From: Candidatus Poribacteria bacterium
GTDB lineage: Bacteria > Poribacteria > WGA-4E > WGA-3G
NCBI GenBank assembly: GCA_965214095.1
Contig: OZ243938.1
Location: 1,056,001 to 1,120,000 of the forward strand
DNA: 64,000 nt
Direction: 5' to 3'
Positions 21,192 through 31,379 of this stretch are shown one piece after another. A program made the translations under genes and the position numbers. Within the stretch, counting starts at the first letter, position 1. Every line of letters begins with the position of its first letter. The notes under the pieces were generated by a model, which worked only from the letters and a program-made list of their open reading frames with translations, was not told the origin of the DNA and searched no databases.

Positions 21192-21968
21192 TCAGATTCT
21201 GCCACCATATTTTTCCAAATCACACCCAATGAAATTTCGCCCTTTTGAGAGTGCTGCTTCCATGACAGAAAAGGAACCGGCAGCGGGATCAATTACATAA
21301 TCACCTTCATTGCTGACAGCAGCAATAAGCTCAGCCTGTAAACCGATTGGTTTTTGATGGGGATGTTCCTTTGTTTTCGTTCTTTCAAGCCAGACATCGC
21401 GAATGTTATGTATTTTCCAAACCCCTTTTGCCTTTCGCGGATGCTTCTGTAGAACAACACAATATTCACACACTCGTCTGGATCGGTACCCCATTCCGAA
21501 CCTATCTTTATTCCAGACGATTAAGTCAACAATGTCTAACGCTGTGCCTTCAAACCATGTCTTGAACCCTTGACATAGATGAAACTTATCCATCCATAGA
21601 AAGAGGTGTCCAGAAGGAATAAGCACATTGTCAATGCCGTGTATGAATTCTGTAATTAGTTCTTCGGACATTTGCATCAATGAACCTCTGCGTTTCTCTC
21701 TGCCTTTTCCCTCATTACCGTAATTCATTTTGTCAAGTATACCCCTATACTGTGGGTCAAGAAACGCTACTGGTATAGATTCTGGAGGTAGGTGTGATAG
21801 AAACTTAAGACCGTCCATCTTTAACCTTGTATTAGGCTGTAGAGGTTCGGGTAAATCTATAGTAGGTGTTTGAACTATCCGTTCAGTGGAGAAGACACTG
21901 TTTGAGATATTATCGGTTGGGTCAGTAAAAAGACTGAGATCCTCATCAGTTGGTGACAAATTTTTCAT
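21192..21968 (-). CDS. Beta-class N4/N6 DNA methyltransferase with DPQY catalytic motif
   Basis: LDPQY (motif IV variant), HPHQKP, VIDPAAGS (motif I), GRNFIGCD; AAGGAG RBS before ATG 21968. Confidence 0.85.
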   Translation of the reverse strand: MKNLSPTDEDLSLFTDPTDNISNSVFSTERIVQTPTIDLPEPLQPNTRLKMDGLKFLSHLPPESIPVAFLDPQYRGILDKMNYGNEGKGREKRRGSLMQMSEELITEFIHGIDNVLIPSGHLFLWMDKFHLCQGFKTWFEGTALDIVDLIVWNKDRFGMGYRSRRVCEYCVVLQKHPRKAKGVWKIHNIRDVWLERTKTKEHPHQKPIGLQAELIAAVSNEGDYVIDPAAGSFSVMEAALSKGRNFIGCDLEKYGGRI

Positions 21969-22036
21969 GTTTCTCCTTATATAATTATCAGATTGCTCCG
22001 TCAACCTGTTTACCTTTAGAGTATTTATTACATATT

Positions 22037-23482
22037 CTAAGTGTCTGACAAAACGCGTGACAAAATCTGATTGACAAGCTGCGGATTTGCTTTGCCTTGC
22101 GTTGCTTTCATCACCTGACCGACAAGAAAACCAATTGCCTTCTTCGTTCCATCACGAACATCTTGTGCTGGACCAGGGTTTTCCTCAATCACTTGCATCA
22201 CAATCGCTTCTATCTCAGATGTGTCGGTTATCTGTGACATGCCTTTTTCTTCAACAATCTGTTTCGGCATCTTTCCAGTTTCAAAGGCATCGTCTAACAC
22301 AGATTTGGCGATCTTCCCACTGATAGTATTGTCGCTTATTAACTGAATAAGTTCACTAAGATGTGCAGGCGTGACTTTAGAATCTTGTATCTCAATTTCT
22401 GCAGTGTTCAATAATCGCGATAGGTCTCCCATTATCCAGTTTGCACAGATTGACGGTTCTCCACTAATTTGAGCAGCTTCATCAAAGAAATCAGCAACTT
22501 GCCGTGTTGCTGTTAGAAATTCAGCATTTTCTTGTGAGATACCATAGTCATCAATAAATCGGTTGCGGCGAGAAGCAGGTAGTTCTGTTAGAGTGGGTTG
22601 TATTTCTGCTACCCAGTCATCTTCAATCTGGACATGAACCAGATCGGGTTCAGGAAAATATCGGTAATCATCCGCTTCTTCCTTCCCGCGCATTGCGACT
22701 GTCTTACCAGTATCTGCGTCAAATAGAAGTGTTTCTTGGACTACCTCACCACCTGAATCAAGGATACGTGCCTGCCGTTTTACTTCGTAATCCATCGCAT
22801 CAAGGAGTTCTTGAAAAGAGTTCTTATTTTTTATCTCCGTGCGCGTTCCCAACTCCTTACTCCCTTTTGGTCGTAGTGAAATGTTTGGTTCACAACGTAA
22901 ACTACCCTCCTCCATATTGCAGTCACTTACCTCAATGTATTCTAAAATCTCTTTAACCGCACGACAGTATGCAATCGCTTCTTCTGGCGAATGAATCTCG
23001 GGTTCACTCACAATTTCCATTAGCGGAACACCTGCCCGATTGAAATCCATGAAACTGCGAGTTGGGTCACCTGTAACTTCAGCATGTATGGATTTTCCAG
23101 CATCCTCTTCAAGATGAATCCTTCGGAGTGCCACGGTCTTCTGTTGTCCATCAAATTCATAGGTAACCTCACCGTGCAGACACAGCGGTAGATCGTATTG
23201 CGATATCTGATAGTTTTTAGGGAGATCAGGATAGAAGTAATTTTTCCTGTCAAATTTACTGTATGATGTTATTTCACAATTCATTGCTAAACCTGCGCGG
23301 ACTGCAAACTCCAATGCACGTTTGTTGATTACAGGTAGCGTTCCCGGCATGCCCAAACAGATTGGACAAGTGCAATCATTTGCCGAGGAACCGAATGTAT
23401 AAGCACAGTTACAGAACAACTTACTATCTGTGCATAATTCTGCGTGTATTTCCAAACCGATGACTATTTCATATTTGTCCAT
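22037..23482 (-). CDS. gatB: Asp-tRNA(Asn)/Glu-tRNA(Gln) amidotransferase subunit B
   Basis: VIGLEIH, FDRKNYFYPDLPK, HLEEDAGK, DYRYFPEPDL, GQVMKATQGKANP. Confidence 0.97.
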   Translation of the reverse strand: MDKYEIVIGLEIHAELCTDSKLFCNCAYTFGSSANDCTCPICLGMPGTLPVINKRALEFAVRAGLAMNCEITSYSKFDRKNYFYPDLPKNYQISQYDLPLCLHGEVTYEFDGQQKTVALRRIHLEEDAGKSIHAEVTGDPTRSFMDFNRAGVPLMEIVSEPEIHSPEEAIAYCRAVKEILEYIEVSDCNMEEGSLRCEPNISLRPKGSKELGTRTEIKNKNSFQELLDAMDYEVKRQARILDSGGEVVQETLLFDADTGKTVAMRGKEEADDYRYFPEPDLVHVQIEDDWVAEIQPTLTELPASRRNRFIDDYGISQENAEFLTATRQVADFFDEAAQISGEPSICANWIMGDLSRLLNTAEIEIQDSKVTPAHLSELIQLISDNTISGKIAKSVLDDAFETGKMPKQIVEEKGMSQITDTSEIEAIVMQVIEENPGPAQDVRDGTKKAIGFLVGQVMKATQGKANPQLVNQILSRVLSDT

Positions 23483-23520
23483 GGATTCACTCTCATTTCT
23501 ACTGCATATCATAAGAAACA

Positions 23521-23571
23521 GCGCGAGCACCTACCCTTAACATAGGTAGGACATCTCGCGCAATAAAATAA
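23521..23571. other. Intergenic stem-loop (possible terminator or REP-like hairpin)
   Basis: gcgcgag..cctacc..ggtagg..ctcgcgc between the aldo/keto reductase gene and gatB. Confidence 0.45.
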
Positions 23572-23581
23572 TATTAACATA

Positions 23582-24355
23582 TCACATAGACTGTTCCGAA
23601 AATTCGTTAACAACTTTCACATTTGCTTCCACTTCAGCGCGAGAAGTCATACCGATTGTCATTGCGTGTACACACGGTAAACCCATCACAAACTCAATCG
23701 CATCGCGTTGACTCTCAGCATCTTTCGCCAATTTACCCATACCTAAGACTTTCATACCGTAGATACCTTTTCCAGTAAAAGCCATCTGTTCCATAGTTCG
23801 GATAACATCTGGGGGAGAAGCGTCCATCTGAACACCCGAATGATTTATCCGCGCCAAAACGACTTCTACCCAATCTGTCATAGCAGATGTTTGAAATGCT
23901 CCGAAGTCATGGCAAGAAACACCGTGTGCACGAATCAATCCCTGTTCTTTACACCGAGTCAGTGCTTCCATCGCATCTGGATACCGAGAGGGCCAATCCA
24001 CTTGTGTTAGACAATGAAGCAGAACAATATCCACATAGTCCGAATCTGTCTCTTTTAAGAAACGCTTAACATCTGCTTCCACTTCCTCTCTTGTGCGGGA
24101 TACAGTTTTCGTTGTAATGGTTACGCTACTTCGAGGAACATGTTTGAGTGCTTCTTTTATATGGGGATGACTGCCATACTGGTCAGCTGAATCCCAAAAC
24201 GTAATACCCTTTTCATGTGCAAAAAGCAAAAGGTCACGTAGTGCTTCAAACCCTAAATCTGTCTGATTTGAACGACCATTCCATCCGTTTGATCCTGTGC
24301 CAATTGAAAGACGTGAAACATCTAAACCGGTTTTCCCAAGTGCTACTATTTCCAT
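23582..24355 (-). CDS. Aldo/keto reductase
   Basis: LGKTGLDVSRL, WDSADQYG, TTK, DIVLLH, GVSCH; GGAGG RBS. Confidence 0.9.
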   Translation of the reverse strand: MEIVALGKTGLDVSRLSIGTGSNGWNGRSNQTDLGFEALRDLLLFAHEKGITFWDSADQYGSHPHIKEALKHVPRSSVTITTKTVSRTREEVEADVKRFLKETDSDYVDIVLLHCLTQVDWPSRYPDAMEALTRCKEQGLIRAHGVSCHDFGAFQTSAMTDWVEVVLARINHSGVQMDASPPDVIRTMEQMAFTGKGIYGMKVLGMGKLAKDAESQRDAIEFVMGLPCVHAMTIGMTSRAEVEANVKVVNEFSEQSM

Positions 24356-24451
24356 CGTAAATCCTCCTATAGTCAATATAGAACTTATGCAAGTATAGCA
24401 TTTATTTCCAATCCTTGCAATAAAAACATCAGGGATGCTTCTGATTCCAAG

Positions 24452-24480
24452 TTGACATCTGCAATTAAACCTGCTATATT
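24452..24480 (+). promoter_or_regulatory. Sigma70-type promoter TTGACA-17-TATATT
   Basis: Direct motif match with extended -10 TG; favours a start at 24527 over 24452. Confidence 0.6.
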
Positions 24481-24526
24481 ATTGGTACACAATTTGCCAA
24501 ACAAAGGAAATCTTTCACATAGCCGA

Positions 24527-25510
24527 ATGCATACAAACAACACACACAAATTGGTAGTCGGTTCTTTGGTTGCCGAACCCGGCACCAAAGTAGAAGGACA
24601 TTTATCAGCAGGAACCATGCCAGATGGCACAGCGATACGTATACCTGTTGTCCTCGTTAACGGAAAACAACCGGGAAAAACCTTATATCTTCAAGCAATA
24701 AGCGATGGCAATGAACTCAACGGTATCGCTGTTATCCACGACATTTTGAACCAAATCACACCGGAAAACTTGCGTGGAAAACTTGTTATCGTTCCAGTTG
24801 TTAACGTTCACGCATTCCACGCTAAACAAGCATATAGTCCCGTGGACAACGTCAAAATGAACCGTTGTTTTCCCGGACGACCAGAAGGCACATCAAGCCA
24901 ACGTATTGCCCATCAGTTGTTTGAAAAGGCTGTCCGAAACGCTGATTACTGTATAGACCTGCATCAAGGTGGTGTTCAACCGATGATTGATGAAGTGCGT
25001 GTGCGAGTGAGTAAGAAACACGAATGCCATAGTGCCAGTATGGAATTAGCGAAGGTATTCGGAATAGGCTATATTCTGGATCAAAGAGGACCGAAAGGAC
25101 AACTTGCACAGGCAGCCCCTGACATTGGAATACCGACTATAGATCCAGAACTTGGTGGCACATACGGATGGGATACTACAAGCATCAACAAGGGGGTTCG
25201 TGGTGTGTTAAACGTCCTTAAACACTACCAGTTTATTGATGGCACACCAGAAATACCTGATAAACAGGTTGTCGTCAACAAGTTTATCACAATCGTCAGC
25301 AATAAAGGTGGATTTGTCTACTACAAAGCAAAACTATACGATCAACTACAAGCACAGCAAACAATAGCCGAAATCCGAGATGTGTTCGGAAATGCTATTG
25401 ATGTTGTTAGAGCACCGGAAGCAGGTGTTTTCTGGTCCCATCCAATATATCCAATGGTCGCAAGTGGCGGCATAATTGGAAAAATAGGAACACCTATCAG
25501 TTATATCTAA
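24527..25510 (+). CDS. Succinylglutamate desuccinylase/aspartoacylase (M14-like) family protein
   Basis: SDGNELNG, MNRCFPG, IDLHQG, ELGG, C-terminal biotinyl-like domain. Confidence 0.85.
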   Translation: MHTNNTHKLVVGSLVAEPGTKVEGHLSAGTMPDGTAIRIPVVLVNGKQPGKTLYLQAISDGNELNGIAVIHDILNQITPENLRGKLVIVPVVNVHAFHAKQAYSPVDNVKMNRCFPGRPEGTSSQRIAHQLFEKAVRNADYCIDLHQGGVQPMIDEVRVRVSKKHECHSASMELAKVFGIGYILDQRGPKGQLAQAAPDIGIPTIDPELGGTYGWDTTSINKGVRGVLNVLKHYQFIDGTPEIPDKQVVVNKFITIVSNKGGFVYYKAKLYDQLQAQQTIAEIRDVFGNAIDVVRAPEAGVFWSHPIYPMVASGGIIGKIGTPISYI

Positions 25511-25624
25511 CAGGATTTAGTCACAAACTGTAGGCACGCTTTATAAGCGCACTGGATTTTCAGAATTTCTCTGAAAAATACACCATTTTAACTATAATTA
25601 TCGAGTTGATTTTAGGAAAACAGT

Positions 25625-26923
25625 ATGCATATAGATAATCGCAAAAACTTCATTGAACAGATGGAATCCGACAGTGTTGCAATCTTTGCAAACGCACCCG
25701 CAGCAATGCGAAATCACGACACAGAATATAACTATAATCCCGATCCGAACTTTTATTATCTCACCGGATTTGAAGAATCGGAATCAATCTGCGTGATAGC
25801 ACCTGACAAGAAAAAAAACAAGTATATTCTTTTTGTTCTCCCTAAAGATGAAAAAGCAGAAATATGGAATGGTAAGCGGGTTGGTGTGAAAGATGCTTGT
25901 AAACACTACGGCGCAGACAAAGCCTATTCTATAAAAAAGTTCAACAAACGCATCGGTAAATACCTAAAGAATGCAAAAAAACTATATTACACACTCGGTT
26001 CAAATTCTCACGTAGATTCACAAATACTTTCCCACTTTAAGCAAGGTGTCTTTTCCCGCATACGCACAGGAAAGGGTATTAATACACTTGTTGACCCAAG
26101 CCCCATTCTCAGTGAAATGCGACTTATCAAGAACGACACAGAATTAGAACGGATTAGGCAGGCAACAAATATCACCGTTGATGGACATATCGCAGCGATG
26201 GTGGCAGCTCAACCGGGTATGTACGAATATGAATTGGAGGGTATTGTTGACGCAACATTCCGTAGCAGTGGTGCAAACGGCACAGCCTTTCCTACAATCG
26301 TCGCAAGCGGTGGAAATGCAACCACCCTTCACTATACAACAAACAACTGCGAAATCAAAGATAATACGCTTGTCCTAATTGATGCGGGGGCAGAATATCA
26401 ACACTATTGTGGGGATGTAACACGTACCTTCCCCATCAACGGCACCTTTACTGAAGCACAAAGAGAAATATATCAAATCGTTCTGGATGCTCATTATGCA
26501 ATTATTGACACTATACGACCCGGTGTATCTATAGATGAACCGCATCAAAAGTCAATAGAATTACTGACAGATGGCATGCTACGACTCGGACTATTAAAGG
26601 GTAAAGCGAAGAAATTGATCAAGAAAGAGGCATACAAGCAATTTTATATGTATCGTATCGGGCACATGCTCGGTTTAGATGTGCATGATGTTAATTGCGT
26701 GCGTGACGCAGAGGGAGAGTATAAAACCTTTGAACCCGGCATGGTCATCACGATAGAACCCGGATTATACATCGCGGAAGGCACAAAAAAAGTTCCACCT
26801 GAATATCTCGGCATTGGCATCCGCATTGAGGACGATATCCTCGTCACAGAAGATGGTTATGAAGTTCTAACTGACGCTGTACCAAAAGAGATTGATGCAA
26901 TTGAGGAACTTATGAATCAATAA
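25625..26923 (+). CDS. pepP: Xaa-Pro aminopeptidase P
   Basis: FYYLTGF, TLHY, IDAGAE..Y.GDVTRT, GHMLGLDVHD, TIEPGLY, GIRIEDD. Confidence 0.92.
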   Translation: MHIDNRKNFIEQMESDSVAIFANAPAAMRNHDTEYNYNPDPNFYYLTGFEESESICVIAPDKKKNKYILFVLPKDEKAEIWNGKRVGVKDACKHYGADKAYSIKKFNKRIGKYLKNAKKLYYTLGSNSHVDSQILSHFKQGVFSRIRTGKGINTLVDPSPILSEMRLIKNDTELERIRQATNITVDGHIAAMVAAQPGMYEYELEGIVDATFRSSGANGTAFPTIVASGGNATTLHYTTNNCEIKDNTLVLIDAGAEYQHYCGDVTRTFPINGTFTEAQREIYQIVLDAHYAIIDTIRPGVSIDEPHQKSIELLTDGMLRLGLLKGKAKKLIKKEAYKQFYMYRIGHMLGLDVHDVNCVRDAEGEYKTFEPGMVITIEPGLYIAEGTKKVPPEYLGIGIRIEDDILVTEDGYEVLTDAVPKEIDAIEELMNQ

Positions 26924-27042
26924 CCAATAACAAATGCTTAAACTTTTTATAGAAGCATATACCAATGAACAACAACCTTCATCATACTAATATTTGATAA
27001 ATCACAAAAAACATGTCATAATTCTATTCACAGAGAATTTAG

Positions 27043-27582
27043 ATGCCAAAAAAATCAACAGGCAAGAACAAATATCAGAAGAAGGCACACCGACGACGCG
27101 AAGATCGCTTACGCGGCGATGATATTGAATACTACCTATCACTTGCCTATTCTGATAATCCTGATGATCGTGCATTAGCAATGGAAAACCTCTGTCCATG
27201 CCACGTCCGCAAACGTATTGATGCAGTATGGGTGGCATTATATAAAGGGATGGTTGACCCCGACTTACATGTGCGACGTGCCGCATGGCATACTCTTGAC
27301 GATGGTGGAAACCCGAATGACCCAAGACTGCAGCCACTCCTTCAGAAAATCGCAAAAACAGAAACCGATACAACTTTACGTCAACGCGCACGCAATCTCA
27401 TTAAGGAAACCGAAACAATAGAAGAACAGAAAAAAGCACTCTTAGCACAGAACACACACACTTTTTCAGGACGATGTGATTGGTGTGGAACATCAAATGT
27501 CTCTGTCACTTACGATTATGAAACAGAATTTGAAACCGATGGTACAAAACGATTCGCATTAGTATGTGCGGATTGTAACTAA
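27043..27582 (+). CDS. HEAT-repeat protein with C-terminal zinc ribbon
   Basis: DPDLHVRRAA HEAT-like repeats, CPCH, CDWC...CADC. Confidence 0.75.
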   Translation: MPKKSTGKNKYQKKAHRRREDRLRGDDIEYYLSLAYSDNPDDRALAMENLCPCHVRKRIDAVWVALYKGMVDPDLHVRRAAWHTLDDGGNPNDPRLQPLLQKIAKTETDTTLRQRARNLIKETETIEEQKKALLAQNTHTFSGRCDWCGTSNVSVTYDYETEFETDGTKRFALVCADCN

Positions 27583-27678
27583 GCCGAAAATCAGAAAAAC
27601 AAAATTGCTGAAAATTAATTGAAGAAAAATAAATCTTGACACAACATAATACATAACCTTTGCGCAAGGTGGACTTTT

Positions 27679-28236
27679 ATGATTCCAGATGATGTATACG
27701 TACATAAAACAGTAGAAGGCGATGTTGAAGCGTTCAACGAATTGGTTAATCGCCATCAATCCAAAATATATGGACTTGCATTCCGCATGCTCGGAAATGC
27801 AGAAGATGCCAAAGATGCCACGCAAGAAACATTCTTAGAGGCATATAAATCTATAAAATCTTTTCGTTTCCAATCACAATTCGGAACATGGTTATATCGC
27901 GTTGGACTCAACACGTGTAATCAATTTATCCGAAAATCCAAGTCCCGCAACAGAATGATTGAGGCGTACACCGAAGAATCGGCTGCACGCGGTTTGACTG
28001 TTGAACATAATGTCCCCGAACGCAAGGCATTAAAGACTGAACAAAGTCAAGTAGTTCAAGCTGCTATTGACCGTTTGCCACCAAAGCAGCGTGAAGTGGT
28101 GACACTCTTTTATATGCAGCATCTCAAATACAAAGAGATCGCTGAAATACTTGACTGTTCTATCGGAACCGTTGCCTCCAGATTGAACAAGGCAACGCAG
28201 AACCTTAAAACAAAATTGGAAAAATACTATTATTGA
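27679..28236 (+). CDS. ECF sigma-70 factor
   Basis: GDVEAF, DAKDATQETF, FGTWLYR, LPPKQREV, YKEIAEIL, GTVASRL. Confidence 0.93.
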   Translation: MIPDDVYVHKTVEGDVEAFNELVNRHQSKIYGLAFRMLGNAEDAKDATQETFLEAYKSIKSFRFQSQFGTWLYRVGLNTCNQFIRKSKSRNRMIEAYTEESAARGLTVEHNVPERKALKTEQSQVVQAAIDRLPPKQREVVTLFYMQHLKYKEIAEILDCSIGTVASRLNKATQNLKTKLEKYYY

Positions 28237-28291
28237 GTATTACGATTGCTACGTGAACAATCTCATAAACTATATTAGTGAGGATTGTTAA

Positions 28292-28975
28292 ATGAAATGT
28301 GAACAAACTCGTGAACACTTAGTATTACACCGTCAAGATTCCAGATTAACTGGAACGAAACGGCAAGAATTTCTAAAACATCTACGTGGATGTGAGAACT
28401 GCCAAATTGAATATGAAGGGCTCATGCATACTGCTACGGTGTTAGGAAATCTTGAAGCACCAACACCTCCCCCTGATTTACTCGGGAATATCCAGAACAA
28501 AATCAGGGAAATCCATAAACAGAACCAAACTGCATTCTTTGCAAACCCGTTTTCATGGCTTTTCAATAAAGTCAATTTAGACCTTTCACCTCGGTTTGTC
28601 AATAGTGTCGCACTGCTTTGTTATCTGGTTGCGTCCGCTTTTATAGTAAAGTTCGCATTTTTTCCAGATGCACCAAAGCAGCCCCTCGGTCTGACTGCAA
28701 TGGAAGCATCCCGTTTAGTAAAACCGGGGCAAACTTCACCATCACAATTAGGATCACTGAAGTTTAAAAGTGTCCAGGAAAAGTCAAAACTATCTTCTAA
28801 TGTTATAGGAGAGAATAGTATTGACCTTTCTCGTCCATTCGTAGACACTAAATCAGAGGAAATGTGGCACATTATTACCGACAATCAGGATGGAGAAACC
28901 GTTGATGCACACTTCCAGGAAACTATGAACGAAAAACTCACACTTTTCTGGAATGACATAAAGTCAAACCTATAA
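28292..28975 (+). CDS. Zinc-binding (ZAS) membrane anti-sigma factor
   Basis: HLRGCENC (Hx3Cx2C), one TM helix, directly downstream of the ECF sigma. Confidence 0.88.
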   Translation: MKCEQTREHLVLHRQDSRLTGTKRQEFLKHLRGCENCQIEYEGLMHTATVLGNLEAPTPPPDLLGNIQNKIREIHKQNQTAFFANPFSWLFNKVNLDLSPRFVNSVALLCYLVASAFIVKFAFFPDAPKQPLGLTAMEASRLVKPGQTSPSQLGSLKFKSVQEKSKLSSNVIGENSIDLSRPFVDTKSEEMWHIITDNQDGETVDAHFQETMNEKLTLFWNDIKSNL

Positions 28976-29021
28976 GGAGAACTATATAACCTGCCCCACA
29001 TTTATATTAATCTCAGTTCAA

Positions 29022-29056
29022 GAAAAGAGGCACAACATTTCGTGCCTCTTTTTTTA
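29022..29056 (+). terminator. Rho-independent terminator
   Basis: aaaagaggcac-aacatttc-gtgcctctttt hairpin followed by a T tract. Confidence 0.8.
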
Positions 29057-29082
29057 TGCATACGAGTATTACTAAAATAAGA

Positions 29083-29111
29083 TTGACCAACTCACATTTT
29101 AACGATAAAAT
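29083..29111 (+). promoter_or_regulatory. Sigma70-type promoter TTGACC-17-TAAAAT
   Basis: Direct motif match upstream of the peptide ABC ATPases. Confidence 0.5.
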
Positions 29112-29158
29112 ATATCCACATATTCACATTATAAAACGTTTGTTTATCGGACTTAAAA

Positions 29159-30235
29159 TTGACACAACCATTACTTGAAGTCTCAAATTTAAAAACGGTA
29201 TTCCCCACAGAGGGTGGACTTGTCCACGCTGTAAACGATGTCAGTTTTTCTATTGGACGTGGTAAAACTGTCGGCATTGTCGGAGAAAGCGGATGTGGGA
29301 AAAGCATCACCGGTCTCTCCCTACTCCAACTTGTGCCAAATCCGGGTAGAATTGAAGCAGGCGAGATACTGTTTTACCGTGAAGAAGACGAAACGCCGTT
29401 AAACATAACACAAGTATCACCGCGTAGCAAATTGATGCGTGATATCAGAGGCAACGAAATCGCATTTATTTTTCAGGAACCGATGACTTCTCTCAATCCT
29501 GTCTTTACCGTTGGAGACCAAATTGTTGAAGCAATTGTTCTACACCACGAACAAGAACGGACATTACTGTCCCGTTTGGGTTTGCATACCAATTTAAGTT
29601 GGGCAAGGCAACTTGCTATTAAGATGCTGGAACGTGTCGGAATTCCTGCCCCTGAACAGAGAGTAGATGAATACCCACATCAACTTTCTGGGGGCATGCG
29701 TCAACGGGTCATGATCGCAATGGCTTTGTGTTGTGAACCTGCACTTCTCATAGCGGATGAACCCACCACAGCACTTGATGTGACTATACAAGCACAAGTG
29801 CTCGCTCTTATGCAGGAGCTGCAAGCAGAAATTGGTATGGCTATTATGCTAATTACACATGACCTCGGCATTATCGCTGACATGGCAGACGAAGTGGTTG
29901 TTATGTATGCAGGACGCGTTGTTGAAAAGGGTACCGTTGATGACATCTTCTATAATCCATTACATCCATACACACGCGGTTTGCTCAATTCCATTCCAAC
30001 GCTCAGCGGCACTCAGCAAAATACTTTGGCTTCAATTCCAGGAACGGTGCCGCATCCGTTGGCACTTCCTATCGGATGCTCTTTTCAACCAAGATGTACA
30101 GAAAGTATACAAGATTGTGAACAAATGCCAGAACTCAAGACTTATGCACCCAACAATAGTGTAGAAATAGAAAACGACACCCATACAGTGAGATGTTGGC
30201 TTTGTGAGGAAAAACCCCATGTCCAAACTGCTTGA
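29159..30235 (+). CDS. Oligopeptide/dipeptide ABC transporter ATP-binding protein (OppD/DppD-like)
   Basis: [42 protein letters not shown]. Confidence 0.92.
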   Translation: MTQPLLEVSNLKTVFPTEGGLVHAVNDVSFSIGRGKTVGIVGESGCGKSITGLSLLQLVPNPGRIEAGEILFYREEDETPLNITQVSPRSKLMRDIRGNEIAFIFQEPMTSLNPVFTVGDQIVEAIVLHHEQERTLLSRLGLHTNLSWARQLAIKMLERVGIPAPEQRVDEYPHQLSGGMRQRVMIAMALCCEPALLIADEPTTALDVTIQAQVLALMQELQAEIGMAIMLITHDLGIIADMADEVVVMYAGRVVEKGTVDDIFYNPLHPYTRGLLNSIPTLSGTQQNTLASIPGTVPHPLALPIGCSFQPRCTESIQDCEQMPELKTYAPNNSVEIENDTHTVRCWLCEEKPHVQTA

Positions 30236-31217
30236 TGTAAAAAACCTTCGAAAATACTTTCCAATAAGAAAGGGAATTCTCCGCCGCACCGTCGGACATG
30301 TCAAAGCAGTCGATGGAATCAGTTTCGATGTGCATCGCGGTGAAACACTTGGCTTAGTTGGAGAAAGCGGATGCGGAAAAACTACCGCAAGTAGATGTCT
30401 ACTCAGACTCATCACACCAACAGAAGGTAATTTTACTTTCGGAGAAGAACAAGTAGATTTAGCAAAATTAACTGCTAAACAGATGCGTCCTTTCCGCAGA
30501 CGTATACAGATGATTTTTCAAGACCCTCAGTCATCGCTAAATCCCCGCATGACAGTAGCAAATATCGTCGGTGAACCACTGCGTGTTAACCGGACAGTCA
30601 GAAGAGATAAACTGCAAGACAAAATCGTTGAACTGTTAGAATCGGTTGGTTTGACATCACAAGACATGCGACGGTATCCCCATGCATTCAGTGGAGGACA
30701 ACGCCAACGTATCGGGATTGCCCGCGCCTTAGCCTTGCAACCAGAATTGATCGTTGCAGATGAACCTGTGTCCGCGCTTGACGTGTCAGTACAAGCCCAA
30801 ATCCTCAATCTGTTGGCAGAGTTGCGTGAAAAGTTTCAACTCTCTTATATTTTCATAGCACACGATCTCAGCGTTGTTAGACATATCAGCGACCGTGTAG
30901 CAGTGATGTATCTCGGTAAAATCGTGGAAATTAGTGCTGCAGAACAACTCTACAAATCCCCCAAACACCCGTATACTGAAGCATTGATATCGGCAGTACC
31001 AATTCCTGATCCCAAAAAACAACGCAAACGTGAACTGATTCGTCTTGAAGGGGATGTACCAGATCCATCTCAACCCCCACCAGGTTGTCATTTTCATCCA
31101 AGGTGCATTTATGCAGAAGACTTATGTAAAACAGAAACACCTGAACTTCGTGAGGTATCACCCGGTGTCAAAGTCGCATGCCATTTAAGTGATACATTGA
31201 AATTAAATGGAGTATAA
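30219..31217 (+). CDS. Oligopeptide/dipeptide ABC transporter ATP-binding protein (OppF/DppF-like)
   Basis: [44 protein letters not shown]. Confidence 0.92.
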   Translation: MSKLLDVKNLRKYFPIRKGILRRTVGHVKAVDGISFDVHRGETLGLVGESGCGKTTASRCLLRLITPTEGNFTFGEEQVDLAKLTAKQMRPFRRRIQMIFQDPQSSLNPRMTVANIVGEPLRVNRTVRRDKLQDKIVELLESVGLTSQDMRRYPHAFSGGQRQRIGIARALALQPELIVADEPVSALDVSVQAQILNLLAELREKFQLSYIFIAHDLSVVRHISDRVAVMYLGKIVEISAAEQLYKSPKHPYTEALISAVPIPDPKKQRKRELIRLEGDVPDPSQPPPGCHFHPRCIYAEDLCKTETPELREVSPGVKVACHLSDTLKLNGV

Positions 31218-31379
31218 GCATGATTATACAAAAACATCTATGCTGAAGAATTAATTTATGATAATACAGAAGAACACACAAGAAACATAGAAAGAGTATA
31301 CTAAAGTTTCTCTGATGATCTCAATGTGTTCACCAATTCTCTTGCCCAAATTAAAGAAGATGGATAAAGGAGTAGATAT

